64,000 bases of DNA. Source: Eutreptiella sp. 'Long Island Sound 2002' (lineage: Eukaryota; Protista; Euglenida). The stretch covers positions 175,336,001-175,400,000 of the forward strand of contig OZ038378.1 of the NCBI GenBank assembly GCA_964036045.1, in the 5' to 3' direction. A program made the translations under genes and the position numbers. Below are positions 47,794 to 61,905 of the stretch, one piece after another (position 1 is the stretch's first letter; each line of letters begins with the position of its first letter). A model generated the notes under the pieces. The model was not told the origin of the DNA. It ran no database searches and saw nothing but the letters and a program-made list of their open reading frames with translations.

Positions 47794-50700
47794 ACCTCAC
47801 AGTGCAATTCACCAATTTTGGCCAGATCCAATGGGGTTTGCAATTATTTACTGCCTTTTGTTCAGCTATGGAGGAGAAATTTGAAGGTAAGACTCTTGGG
47901 TCGTTGTTGCATTGCTTGAATGTAATGGCAGCTGGCAAAATGGCAGGATTTGATTTGCTCACTGCCTCGTGTGGCGAGGTGCCACTCACAGGTATGCAGC
48001 CATTTGCAGTGCATATTCTGTGCGCATGTTTTCACGGTTCCATCCTTTGAGCCTTCGTGTCTTTTCTGTCCTTCATCTGAAATGTGGGAGTGGAAAAGTG
48101 CAATGAGGCACAACGTTTTGGTGTTCAGGCTGCAGAAGGTCTGGGCAGATATGCGCCGTGCCGTTGCATTCTGCAGGGGGGGCAGGGGTGAGCAACCACG
48201 CTAAAGTTATCTCTCCGTGTGCCTTTTGCAGAGAGGACAATTGGAGACCACACAATGAATGGAAAAGAGGAACAGACAGCGGAGATGAGGCAGACAGTGA
48301 CCGTGACGGATAATAGGACTGGAACCTCGTTTGAGCTGCCAATCCTCGATGGGACTCAGGGACAGTCCGTCATTGACATCACTCAACTGCACTCCAAAAG
48401 TGGGCTCTTCACGTACGATCCGGGATTCACATGCACCGCCTCATGCAAATCAAGCATTACCTTCATTGATGGGGACAAGGGGATCCTGCAGCACCGGGGC
48501 TATGATGTCACATATCTTGTGGACCACTGTGACTACATGGATGTGTCCTATCTGCTCTTGCATGGGGAGCTGCCTGTGTCCGGCCAACGGAAACAATTCA
48601 TCAAAAATGTGAGGGCCCACACCACTTTAAATGAGCAAGTACGACGTTTTTTGGAGGTGTGCCGCCAAGTCGTGAGTGTGGGGTAGTTGTGCAAGGGTGT
48701 GGCTTTCTGCAATGCGAATAATGCCCAACCAGGGAGGTCCCAAATGACATCCACGGCTGCAACAGTCGTTCCGTGTCTGTTGGCTGCCACTCTTCGCGCT
48801 TCTCTTTCTGGGCCTGCCTTGCCTCTACTCTTCCAATTCTAGCAAGGTCAGATAAGAGGTTATCAAGAGGTCTTCAACTCCACAGGATACCCGGGAGTAC
48901 CGAAAGGAGTCATTTTGGCCAATTTTCATGGGAGAGATGGTGCTTGTGGCGGAAAATGCGCTTCGTCGCTTCGTTCCGGGAGGATTTTGTGCGGGGAGAT
49001 GAAGGGGGCACCGTAGTGAATATGGGAAAGGGCGACGGGAAGGGGATGGAACACAGTGGTGCATTTAAGGACCTCTCGCTTCCGTAGCTTGAGTCTCAGC
49101 GTGGGCCTTGTTTGCCTTTCGGCGTTGTGGCTGTGCAGTTGGTTCCGTTCTGATGGTGAAGAAACAATGACCAGATTTCACAAACACCATTTGACATCAC
49201 GGAAACCATGACGTCCGCTTTTAAGCAGCACCAATGTAAGGCACAAGCATGTCACCCGAGTATCGTTGTGGATGCGGCACACCCTTCAGAAAACACCGCG
49301 CCCACCCATTCAACGCTTCTTTTCCCACAGGGGTACACCCCAACCGCCCATCCCATGGCCATCATGCTGGGTACCGTCGGCGCCCTCGCCGCCTTCTACG
49401 ACAGCAAATGGACGACCGCCGAGCAGCGTGACCTGGCAGCACACCGCCTCATTGCCAAGATCCCAACGGTCGCTGCCTGGGCGTTTAAGTACTCGCGTGG
49501 CGAGCCCTTCGTATACCCACAAAACAACTTGTCGTACGCCGAGAACTTCCTCCACATGCTGTTCTCAAGGTATTCTGGGGGCAAGCAGTGGGGTGCAATG
49601 GCAGGGAATGCGGTAATGAGGGCTGTCCTTAAGGAGCGATGCCATTTTTGAAGTTCTGGTTTGCGGACGGGTTGGGAAGGAGAACCTCAGGCTTGTGACG
49701 CTTGGAGGGCACCTACGGTCGATTCGAGGGTAAACCGACGGTGATGAGAGGGTAATGCACGGCGTCATGGAAGCTGGAGGCTTCTTATTTTACTCTTGCA
49801 GAGAGCCTTGGTGTTAGGCAATTGGTGGCAGTCCATTGTTGTGGATGAGTTGGTGGGTGTGGTTGCTGGTGGTGGTGTAGTGGGTCATTGGTTCCTTGCG
49901 ACGTGTGCATTTAAGGAATCTCTGTTCCGTGAAGATTGAAGACGTGTGAAGGACACAAGTGTTGCCCGCGTGCAGCATTCGGAGAAACAGGAACAGTGCG
50001 CAGTGATAGCAGTGCACGTGCCAGCGACATCATGGATGAAGAAAGATAGCGCATCTTGTGCACACGCGCATCAGAAGGGCATAACGAGCCACGGAGGGGA
50101 GCACAAGCAATAACTTCCTCCGTGGTATGGGGTCGGGTGCCTCTGGCTCGAATCGGCAGTGACCCGCCGACTCTCTTGTGCATAGGCCAATGCGACTGCG
50201 GTTGCGTGCAAAGCAGGGCTGTTCTTCTAGAACCAGCTTTGTTTTGGCCCCCACGAACCGCCCGTCAGGACAGCTAGCGAGGTCCGCCAACTTCCGGCCG
50301 TAAGCGGCTAAACGTCATCGGTTTCCCGCTGGCGGTTGCTGACAAACCACGGACTGTGGCCCGCCAATCGCTGCCGGTTGAGTGCTGTCCTGTGCTACAT
50401 TTTCTGCGAAGCGTCTTGAAGCGGTGTCCTCAACCGGAAAGCAGTTGGCAGCTCGCCTACCGAGTTTGACGTCCAGCTGACGGTGGCAATCCACCGACGA
50501 CGGTTGGCGGGGCAGTTGGCGGTTAACGGATGGCAGTTGGCGATAGAAGTTGGTTGGTGGTCAGCGACGGCAATTGGGTTCACAGCAAAAAAAAGGGGGG
50601 GGGGAGTGGAGCAGAACAACATGAAAACGAAGAAATACGGAAAACACGGATAGGCTTGGTTGGGATGCCCCAAACGAGAAAAAAAAGCCAGAAATATTGC

Positions 50701-53700
50701 CTCAACCACAACCCTACACTGGCTTGATTTGTGCAGCCCCTGCGAGCCCTACCGCGTGGACCCCGTGCTCGCCAAAGCCATGGACGTGATCCTGATCATC
50801 CATGCCGACCACGAACAGAACATGTCGACCTCGACCGTGCGGACCGCAGGCTCCTCCCTCGCCAACCCATTTGCGTGCATCGCGTCTGGGATCGCGTCAC
50901 TGTGGGGGCCGGCCCACGGGGGGGCCAACGAGGCTGTGATCCTGATGCTGGAGGAGATTGGGTCGGCCGAGAACATCCCGAAGTACATTGCAAAGGCCAA
51001 GGACCATGACGACCCCTTCCGGCTGATGGGCTTCGGCCACAGAGTGTACAAGAACTTCGACCCAAGAGCCAAGGTCATGCAAGCGCTGTGTCACAAGGTA
51101 TGGTGCAGATGGTTGCCACGTCGTTGTGCGCCACAGCCTTGCGTGCCGGTGCCTTGCAGAAAGGGGAATTCATTTTTTTTTCAAGGCTTTAGAACCCACT
51201 TTGGTCACATTTCTTCTGGTATTTGGAAGCAAGGGCCAACAATGACCAACCAACCAGATTCTGGTCTATGCCCAGGCTGCTGCCTATTCACGTTGTCAGA
51301 AACCTGCTGTCATTTCATCCAAAAGTGAGGTAACATGAGGTATTCAGATGCGGAGGAGAGCCAGCCCTTGACAAAACCATTACTTCGAGACATTGTCCAA
51401 TAAGTGTTGTCAATTACAAGCCATCCTCCCAAATAACCCTGAACTGACCAGTGGACAAACCTCCTCAAAGGGGGTCAAGGCCCCACCCAGCCTATGTGGG
51501 GAGGCCACTCCCACACAATACCTCACGGAGCAACAACCAAACAAAACAATGTGGTACAATACCTTGAAAAAAAATTATGCGTGCGTCCCGCTTCCGGGCT
51601 CCCACGCAGAGCCTGAAGTGGCCCTCTGCAGGGTTCCGGGGGCAGGGAGGGGGTCTCGAGATAGGTGTTTGCGTAAGGGACGGGGGATCTATTGCGTTCT
51701 CAAACAGGTTGTTCAACTTCTTAGTACCACGGAAGGAAAATATTGTTGTGGAGGCAGGGATATGTCATTCTGAAATTCTGGAAGAACCGGGCCTTCCAAT
51801 GCAATTCCGGTCGATTTGAATCACCAGTACGTTGATTTTCCGGTTGCCACATGGTCCGCACCTTTGGTCACTGGCCAGGCTCTGGCCTCTGCTGTGATGA
51901 ACACATCTTGACCTTGCTGTAGTTGGAACACCTGCGACATGGTTCCATTTAGTGAAAGTGTGCTGAGGGCTACAGGGTAACACTCAATCCATGGTCTTTC
52001 ACGCAGCTACAAAATGTCATTATGTTAGATTCTAGCTAGCACCCAGGTCTTCTATCACCATAGCTGTGTAAATGCGTGGGTTTCTGCTACTGTTCTGGCC
52101 CATTGCACTACCCCAGTCATGACCTATGCCTGCAGATGTATGGGAAGGTGGTGAAGGTGGTTTGCTGTGGGGGCTCTCGCCTTGCGGCGCTTGCGGCGTG
52201 CCATTCAGCGCTTTTGCAGTGTGAATACTTCCATCCTGGTATGAATGTGTGTGGACAAAGAACTCGCTGCTACCCCAGTCGTACACAGGCACCCATCAGG
52301 AATGCTGTGCCAAGACACTGGGATGCGGAGTTGTGTGCATGAGGGTGTGGGTTGCGACACCACGGCAAGGAAAGGAAGGTGAGGCGATTGCCCTTTGGTG
52401 TTGGGTGCTTTTGTACCATTTTGATCACACCATCTGCCTGCCCAACCCTGCCCCACCCAAAGACGCTGAGATTCTTCAGTTGTAGAATCCATGGTGAAGG
52501 AGGAGGGTGGGAATTAGGACCATGGGGCCTGGGATGGGGATGGACGGGTCAGGTCAGGGGTCCCTTCAGTGTGCATGTCCCGAGCATAGCTGCTAGGGCA
52601 GGGGCAATCGGTGCAATCTGATGCTGAGTAATGGAGGTGTTGTCAGCGGACTGGCACATTCTTTCTGTCAGGGCCAGCCCTACAGGAACAGCATTCATTT
52701 ACAGCCAATGGTACATGGAATTTCGATGGACGTTATCTTGTTTGTGACTCCTGCTGACTGCTTGGCATATCCGGATTCAGGCTGCCATTTCTGCGCTACC
52801 ATTTCTTGCAGATTCTCAGGCACACGGGTATTCAAGACCCCTTGCTCAACTTGGCCATGGCTTTGGAGAAGGTTGCCCTTGAAGATGAATATTTTGTGAA
52901 GAGGAAGTTGTATCCCAATGTAGATTTCTATTCTGGCCTCGTGTTCCGGGCCCTGGGATTCCCAACCTCCATGTTCACAGTGTTGTTCACCGTTGGGCGT
53001 ATTGCCGGCTGGGTTGCACAGTGGAAGGAGATGATGCAGGATCCTAAGCATCGCATCGTCCGTCCGCGGCAATTGTACGTGGGGAAGACATCACGTGATG
53101 ATGATGCCAACTGTGCTGAGGGACTGGAGACACGCTGCTGAGATGGGTCCAGGATCACTGGTGGCGTGAATTGATGGATTGACGGTGCCTGCTGAGGTTC
53201 TATGACCCCGGAACAGCTCAGGGAAGCACAGTCGCAGTGCGCGCGCGGTGTGCCCATGGCGCTGTTGCTTGCGGAAGAGGGCAAATATGAGGGAAATTTC
53301 AGCAGGGTGCATCTTGGAGTGTAGATTGAGGCACGAAGGATGAAGCCGAGTGGGGAGGCGCAGAGGCTGGCATGGGGGAGGGGCCAAGCAACTTGGGCTT
53401 GGCTGGCCTTGGGGATTTAGCTGCCTGTGCCACTGACGAGGAGAGCCTTCATCCGAAGGCAAAGGCAAAAGTCTAGGGCCCCAGGCAGCCGGTCATTGAG
53501 TGAGGGATGATGGAGTGCCTCAACAGGTGCGTGTGCTGCTAACGCGAGTGCGGGTGCACCCCTCATCTTGCGAGTACCCCTTCCTTTTGGTAGGGGCTGC
53601 GCGTGGTGGGGGGGCAGGAGCCATCGCTTCGTTATGCCCTGTTCCGGTCTGGTACGAGCTTCTGCGGTGCAGATCCAATCCCTATACACATTGGGGCGGT

Positions 53701-56700
53701 CCGTCCCTTCTATGTGCCTGTGCCTTGGGCTTTGCACAAGATGCGGCATGGGCCCACCCCCATTGCGGACAAGGGAATCCTGCAAACTCGCAAATTGCAC
53801 TGCTGATTGGTGGCTTCATTCTGCGGTCCCTTTTGTCTCTCGCTACATCTCTTCTGGCGACCGGTCATCCAGTGAAACTGGACTGCCCTCTGTTTTTGAG
53901 GCTTTTGTGCCGTCATTCACAGGCTGTCCGCGCCGTTTGAGGTCAGGGTAGGAGCAGGAGGGGATCCCTGTTCTGTTCCACCCAGACCCCCTTACCCCAA
54001 CTCCCCTCTTCTCATGTCTATTTCAGCTTTGAAGCTGACTGGGGGAGGTTCTTGAGAGGACTTCATCAGCGTAATGAGAAGTGTTTGCTCGGATATATAC
54101 CATCAGATGGGATCTCTCCCCCAAGACGCGAAACAGTCTTTCTGGTAGTCTCGATACCGCTCTTGCCGGTGCTGGCCCCCGATTCCTGCGCGCAGGAGAC
54201 CACCCGGCGTGGCTTGATATTTTTAATCTGCGATTGTAGAGTGCATTCAATAGGGTGTGTTCCTGAGGATTTCTCAGTCGAGCTCACACTGCGAGTGTGC
54301 AGATGCAGGATCAGCGCGGTGCACAACTGCTGTACACAGCAGCCGGATTTTCGTGATTTTTCAGTGCCGTCTGCCCAGGACTGCCTTCAGTACCTTGGAG
54401 CACTACGCCGCTTGGTCATGCACGCAGTGTCCCCAGCGGCACACAGATGTCTTTGCACGCAACCTTTGTAGGTCACACCCCAACCACAGTGCACCGAAGA
54501 GCTCCAGAAGTAGGCAGTCGTACACATGATCCCCCTGGTGCCCCTGGGGCTCACAGACCTTTGCCACATGTGTAACACCACCAGTGGTGCCCAGCGTTAC
54601 ACATCAAAGAATCGCTGCAGCCCGGAGCACCACTGATTGGGCCATTTGTGTTCACTCTCCTGGAGGAGTAGGCACGGCTGTTGGGGCTGCACCACTCAGG
54701 TATACCGACGAAGTTTCCGTGTGCACCAGCTGACCATGGCTGTTCCACAGCCTGCGTACTGCTGTCTGGCCGGTGCACCCCCTACCTCTTGTCCTGCAGC
54801 CTCTGTGTTTTATTGCTGTCAATGTGATCTTCCAAGAACCGCAGGTCTTAGGAATGTGTTATCGACGAAAGAGTGGTTCTGTGCAAAGAACATTCATTCA
54901 GATTTTGGTGCCTGTTGTCGCCAGAGATTGTTGCTATGGGGTTTGAAGGTCCCCTGTGTCGACCAGCGCCCCCTCTTGATTGCTCACTTGCATAGCATGC
55001 ACAGATGGGCGGTGATACGCATTTTAAACGGGGCGCACCTCCAGTAAGACAGAGGGTGTTTGATAACTGTGTACTACACAAAGTACCAAATTCGAGATGA
55101 CAACACCTCCCTAAGTGGCTGCAAGGGTTCCATTTTATTTAAGGAAGCATTTGTGGTCCTTGACCACCAGGTGTCATATTTTGTTTAAAGAGAAACAAGA
55201 AAATTCGATTCGATTGAACCTGAGACAATTTTTCAAACCGGTACGTCTTCGGTACCGATGTTTCACAATTTTGCTTCTAATTGTTGAAACACGTGCAGTG
55301 AAATGCATGCGAAGGATGAAAACCCTGGCGGGCTCAACATCTGTTTCAAAGTGATTCGCAGACGCGATAGTCTCAAAGCAGAAAATGTATTTGATTCACA
55401 GCAAATGGGCAACAGTGCATGAAAACCTGAGCCTGCAACACTGCACAGGTCACTGCATGCAAGCCAAAATTCGAAATCAGACGACCAAGTAAAACATTGA
55501 CTGGTGAAGTTGGTCAGCCAACTCACTGCATGGGACCAAAAAGCTGTGACCCCAGAGGGGCTTCGTAGCAGAACCAAATCTGCGGCATTTGGGAGTGAGA
55601 ATAGACCAACAAATGCTTGCGACGCTGAAGGCTGCAATCATCCAACTCAACATTGCCACATGTTGTGAATTGAATGGGGGGAGTTGACTGAGACCCACTA
55701 TTACAAAAGCAGTTTCGACCCATTCCCTCAGGTTGAGGAAACATGATTTTTGATTAATTAGTTCATTGGGTGGGAGGAGAACCCCTCCTCCCCTCCACCA
55801 TTTTCTCTTTGACAACGAGGCCTGTCATAGGCCCCAATCCCAAGGCTCGAGGTATCCGCTGGAATTAGTACCTCCTGGAAGCCTCTACCGTGTTGCAAAC
55901 AGGTTGCAATGGGCGGTCAACACAGTGGTGTGTGCAGCAGGGGAAAATTGTCAGATCCCCATCTCGTGCCAAGAGTTGGAGGGGTTCAAAGTAAATAGGG
56001 CCACGCCAGTGGCTACTCGAAGGCAAGCAACAAGGACAGCACAAAACATGAACAACTAGCTCTACAAGCCAGATTGCATGCCTCTCTTTTTGGAGCATTT
56101 CTGAGTAGATGGCACGGCAAACCTAGGTGACATCCATTATTACTACCAAAGAAGGCACAATGAGATGTTTATTCATGGAGCCAGTCATTCACACATAGTT
56201 TGAAACAATATTGACTGGTGCATTTTGCACAATCGTAGGCTGCTATTGGAACACATTGAGTTAGCCTCACCACCATCCAAAGAATTTGTTGCCAAAAGGC
56301 CGTGTAGGCAGTGCATGGGGTTTTTCCGTGGCTGTAGGTTTGGTGTTTTTTGGGTTCTGAGAAAATTATGACCAATCGCCAGAGCATGTAGTGCTTGCTA
56401 TGTGCCCTGTGGCATGTGAGTGTACCTCCCAATGTACAATCTATCATTAGCACAGTTGACTATTTGTAGCAACAATATGTTTGGCCTCACAGTTCCAAGG
56501 TATTTAGCATATATGCCGTGTGTGATACCGTCTGATTTTTTCTAGCCGTGGAGCCTTTAGCTCTGTCGGTGCCGAAGGCTCTTTACCACGCACTCCCACT
56601 CGGACACAAGGATGAATATTTCAGCATTTAAGCCCAAGGCCTATACTCCATGAACAAATGCACCTTCTCCCTCCCTCCCTCCCTCCCTCCCTCTCTCTCT

Positions 56701-56969
56701 CTCTATCTCTCTTCCTGTGATTTCTTTTATGTGAGATGGCCATGCCCTAGGGAACACTGAAATCCGTCATATCCCCAATGCGGAAGAAGCATAAAATTTT
56801 TTTCGTCAAACAACAATGATGCGCTTAGTATATGTTTTGTAGTACAACAAGACACACAAATAGTTGCACTGTGTGCGCAGCGTGCTCAGAGCGCCCACCC
56901 AAATTCACCCATTGTCACCCATTTTCACCCTTTTTCACACGTTCTGCTCGTTTTTGCCGCACGTTCTGT
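47794..56969. repeat. Segmental duplication, copy 2
   Basis: Matches 36376-45552. Confidence 0.95.
48255..53141 (+). CDS. gltA: Citrate synthase, bacterial type II (GltA-like), copy 2; 4 exons, 443 aa
   Basis: Exons 48255-48656, 49331-49569, 50737-51097 and 52812-53141; the only coding difference I saw versus copy 1 is Val to Ala in the N-terminal extension (QTVEM vs QTAEM). Confidence 0.93.
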
Positions 56970-57261
56970 GAGTTCTGCCCGCTATGTCCGTGTGTCTGTA
57001 GGGGATGTTGTATGGGATGCTTCACTGCTGCTACACTGTTGGTGTCAAGCTTTGGTGTATTTTGCATCACAGGAGATGACCATCTCGGCTGCTTTCCATT
57101 GTAGCATGTGTTGCGGAGGGCAGCTCCAATATAGTTGCAAGAATGCAGTGCCACATAGCTTCCGCTCTCACTGCCTCCGCTTCCACTGCAAGCTTGCCGC
57201 TTTCATGAGCCTTCATCCTCCCACCTATCTACGCTGATTGGCGTTGCATGTTTGGCTACCC

Positions 57262-57686
57262 TAAGGTTTGGAACCTGGTAGTTTCGAAAACAACCGGTTT
57301 TAAACGATTATTTTCACAAAAATCACCGGTTTCGCCGATCAATGGTTTTCAAAATAACCGGGTTTTCTGATTAATTGCCCTTCACTAACCAAAATCTTGC
57401 CATCCGTCAGAAGAGAGCCCATACAAGTCGGAGCACAGTGATCTACTACGTCAGAAGTTGTAATTAACCATCGGACATCGTTTACTGCTCCCAAAGCCTC
57501 TTTTTAGTGCAAAAATTGGACAAAATGCACTGCGGAAAAGAACCTAAAAATTTGTAACCATTCTAATTAATTGGTTTACATCAGTTCTCAAAATAACCGG
57601 TTGTGCTGATTGTTTTTAACATAACCTCCAATTATTGCCGATAAACGGTTTTTCCGATTAAGTGGTAAAACCGGTTCCAAACCCTA
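57262..57686. mobile_element. hAT-superfamily MITE (425 bp)
   Basis: TIRs TAAGGTTTGGAACC and TAGGGTTTGGAACC (14 bp, 1 mismatch); perfect 8-bp target-site duplication GGCTACCC at 57254-57261 and 57687-57694; subterminal AACCGGTT motifs; AT-rich non-coding interior. Confidence 0.85.
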
Positions 57687-60600
57687 GGCTACCCCACCCG
57701 TCCTTTTAGGAGAGTTGGAGACCCCATGCTTTTGTGCTGCCCTATGGTTGGCATGATGTCTTATGGGAAGGGAAGGTAGCGCGCAACTGTGCCCAGGGTA
57801 GCCCGGGTGGCCTAATTTTGGGGGTGTTTGGGAAGGGTGTGTTTGAGGCTCTCTGGGGGGGCGGGGGGGGGGGGTCTAAAAATGGTGCGTAGTGCAAGGG
57901 CTCACCCTCAAGCTGACTAGAAACAGTTTCTTGGTGCAGCTTAATCCTACAATCTTGTGGGCCATTTTGTTCGCCAATCGGGTTGCCATGCAGCGTTGTA
58001 GTAGCTTTTTGCTGGATGGTTCCAAGTATATCGTGAGTGCATTGAGGGCTGCCAATACTAATGCATATTCTGGGCCTGATTCCATGGGACCCCACGGCAA
58101 TACCTTCCGTCAATTGAGTCCACACATGAGTGCTCAACATAGTGCTCGGATTCTTGTTTTAGTTTGGCCTCAACGTATCCGAGAACCTCCCGAGATCAGC
58201 AGAGGTGATGCTGCTTTTTGCCTCTGCTTTGCTCATTGGTGATAGAAGCATACTCTCCTCTTGTCATCTTGGTAGCACTCATGCTAGGTTGTTCCGCCTT
58301 GTGAGCCATTTCCTTTGCTCATAACCACTTGTTTTGCTCCAAGGACATGCATCGGCTCTTGCGAGGCAACTGCCTTATCAACGGGGAGTGTGCAATTGTC
58401 ACGCCATGAATACCCCTTGAGGGAGTACTTATCTGTAAAACTTCATCTACAGCTCAAATCGTTTTACAGCTAAGCGGGCGACTGAGTGATTGCCCTGTTG
58501 CCACATTTTGACCCTCTCGGCTCCCCTTCAAGGCGCATGCACAAGTCCAACGCGATCACACCCCCGTCAACTCGAAGTAGTCATGAGCAAAAACCACCGG
58601 GATTGCGAATTCAAAGCAGATCCCTTGTGGTCCAAAGCAAGGAGAACAAAGTATGGACACAAGGATATGTAAAACCTCTAGACCATATCCCGGTTAGGGT
58701 GTGCCCTAATTACCTAACTAGGACCGCGCCGTAGCTTGTGGGCCTGGGGGGGGGGGGCTCCAGAAAATCTGACCGGGCCCTGAGAGCGGGTGGGGGTACT
58801 CCGGAAAGATAGAACATGGGCTGAAACATGGGTGCCTTGAGTGTGCAGCATCCTTGGGGAGGTAATGTTTCAACTAGGCTCAAAGTAGATGCATCATGGA
58901 CACAGTTGCCGGCCATCTTAATGGTTTATCATGGCCATTACCCCACTTTTCTCACTTACCTCACTTTTCTGCTCTGTACCCGATTGCACAAATAGTTTGG
59001 CCGACAACCACTGCAACACACTAATGTGAAACCCCACGGGAGACAATGATAGTTATGAGGACTTTGGTGATACAACAGGAATACACAGATTGAACGAAAG
59101 CAGCGGAAAAGCGACAACACGATCAGTGACAGTCCATCACAGCCATTTGTGGTTCCTCCTTGTTGTTGACAGTTCCTCATGGTCAGTGATGATTCCTCAC
59201 ACTGATGGATGGTTCCTCGTAGTCATAGAGACAATCGCTGACAAATTGTCATGAAAAATGCAACTTGTGTACAAAAATACTGCTGGTGCCTGCATTTTGT
59301 TGTTGTTTTTTTGCTCTAAGGTGGTGTAATTTTTTTTAAGTTCGCATAAAACAACGGAACATCCAAATGAAAAATAGTGTTGTGCATATTTTTTTCAATG
59401 TAAAGGCGAGTACAATTTTCTTTGAGCATGATGCCTCTATTGCAACATGTACTTTTGCCGGTGCCCCGGTCTGAGCAGTCCAAATACGCATCAGAAACCT
59501 GTGGGCCACCAAAGAGCAGTACGTAGCTTATATGCTCGGCCTAAAAAGGGCAGCTTATACACTGCGGCAAGTGGTAGCACAACGGAAATACTCTATGTGG
59601 CCACCGATTCATTGTGACTTGGCCAATATAGCAGCACGTATATGGGCACCACCTTTGGTACACCAAATAGGTGGAGGAAATATCGGAATGCAAAAGACCC
59701 AGAAAATGTGCACCTACTACCATTAGTTGCAAAATGCACATTTGGAGATGAAATCGGTCTTTAAAGCGGAGGGCTTGGGCTTTGCACCACGATTGGTGTT
59801 CCACTCACAAGCCTTAAAAAAAAAGCCCTTTTACTGCAAGGTGGGCTCGTTGACAAATTGCTGATCACACTCTAGCTAGCTAGATGCATTTTTTGGGTAG
59901 CTATCCAGCACCTAGACCCACTTTCCACTAATGAGGACCTGCCAACGGGTGTCCACCTATGTGGTGGGATTGGCCATAGCAGGTTGCCCCTCCGGGCTCT
60001 GAGGCTTCCATGGTTCGCTCAGAGGAGGCATCCTTACCTTCCAACGGGGTGGGGGTGGCTTGAATACTGTGCGGAGTCCCAAAAGATTGGCCCTGAACTT
60101 GGGTGCTCGGGGGTGAAGTAGGAGGGGTATGAAGCTCAATCACCCCTTCCAAATTGTCACTCGGCCCTGGAATGATCCATACAAAGTGATCAGCATTGGC
60201 AACGCGATGTGTAGGCTCCGAAAACCACAAGACCAACCATCCTTTTAGAAGCCCAAGGCTCGGTGCTTGGTGGTAAGGTCATGCCACTTGAGCTCCGCTC
60301 AAAAAAGGTGGATGAGACCAATGGAGCTCAATGGTTCCCACACCCAAATTGTGAAACTGTCCAATCGGACACAACAATCCATACCACAAACAAACCAATG
60401 CAACCCCACTCGTCATCACTATTGACCACGAAAGTGTGGCGACGGCACCAATCCATGTCATCCATTGTTGAGCAAGATTAGACAATCACTCAATTTAATG
60501 GACAGCAAGACCTCATACATGTGGTTCTTTGATTTCCATGTGGTAAAGCTCTTGATTCAACCAACACAAGATATCCTTGTTTTTGTTTTGTTCAGGCGCC

Positions 60601-61322
60601 AGGCACGTGCAACAGCCCCTCAAAGGGTCCACAGGCACAAGCGTGCATGAACATTGGGTCTAGAACTATGTACAACCTCCATCTTGGGAACTGTAATTTC
60701 ATACGGATGAGATGGAGGATACCCAAGGAGAACACCACAAGGGGCAAGACTTGGGTGTAGACTGTCACATCTATGTCGCCGCAGCTACCATGATCCTGGT
60801 TGAAGAACCCAGATCAACACTACTTTCATGAGAGTCCGTTATCTACTTGAAATTGTTGTGTGCCATCGCTATTTTTACCACAACGCCAGGCTGAAAAACC
60901 CGGTCGTTTCACAGCAGTCAGAGTCACAATCCTGCATGTAATGTGTGCCTACAATAGATTTTGTGCTATCTAATTGTGCTGTGCGTCAGGGGCGGGGACT
61001 CATGCGTGATCTACATCATGCAGGACACATCCTGGCATGTATGTGGTGCACGGTGAAGAGAGATATGCAACCTGTTGCATATGCATTGGTGGCACAACCA
61101 CCGTCCTGCGCATTATGGTTGCTGTGACAAGCCCCATTGCCGTCATGGGCTGCCAGTGAGCTGTACGGCATCCTAGGGGATCCCTACAAATCGCCGGGGG
61201 GGGGGGGGAAGGTTTGTGGGGCGGGGGGGTCGTTCAAGCCCATGCCAAAGGGAGGACTTCCAACCATGCATGTGAAGCCAACCCCCTCACTCGCTTCCAG
61301 AGGCATTTAGTCCCAGCAATTC

Positions 61323-61905
61323 ATGGCCGCATGCTCCGCGGCCCCGAACATGGGGTGCCATGCTGATGGGGCTGTGCGACGTGCAGTTGTGCACCTCTCA
61401 GCTGTGGCTGCCGGGGCCGTCACAGGCCTCCTCACCTTCGCTGTCACCAGCACGGGAACAACTGTTCTGCTGGGACGTGCCCCAGTGCCACCTGCTCGCC
61501 TTCGCCAGCACATTGGCCTGGCACTATCCGGTGGGTCACTGTCCCGCGGGGCAGGGTATGCAGAGCCCTCCACACATCACCTCAGCATTGCAACCACAGC
61601 GGCACCATCGACCACCGCAGTGTCCAGTGCTGCAAGCGCCGACTATGTGTGGGCGGAGGATGTCACGCCTGAGCGGGCTGTATCTTCACAGACGAGCTCA
61701 CGGCGATCTGCTCTAATCTGGACTCTGGAGCTGCAGGTTCGCCGGGTGTTGATGGGGGTCGCCGCGGCGGTGACCATCGTCCTCCTCTTCGTCGCCCGGT
61801 TAGCGAGAAGCTGCAGCCAGTGCAATGCTCGGGATACCTCGTCAACAAGCAGCACTCAGTCTCGACTGACTCTGTTACCCCTAATGGGCGCTGTTGGCTT
61901 CAAGG
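61323..61905 (+). CDS. Probable first exon encoding a bipartite/tripartite targeting presequence (signal-like TM, Ser/Thr/Ala-rich spacer, second TM); mature protein not identified in window
   Basis: Hydrophobic VVHLSAVAAGAVTGLLTFAVT, S/T/A-rich stretch, hydrophobic VLMGVAAAVTIVLLFVA followed by basic residues; donor G|GTATGG at 61905/61906 resembles the other donors in this window; AG 6 nt upstream of the ATG. Confidence 0.45.

Noticed and set aside
58200-60900. Fragmentary protein-like ORFs
   Set aside because: Many stops, no recognisable family, no termini found.
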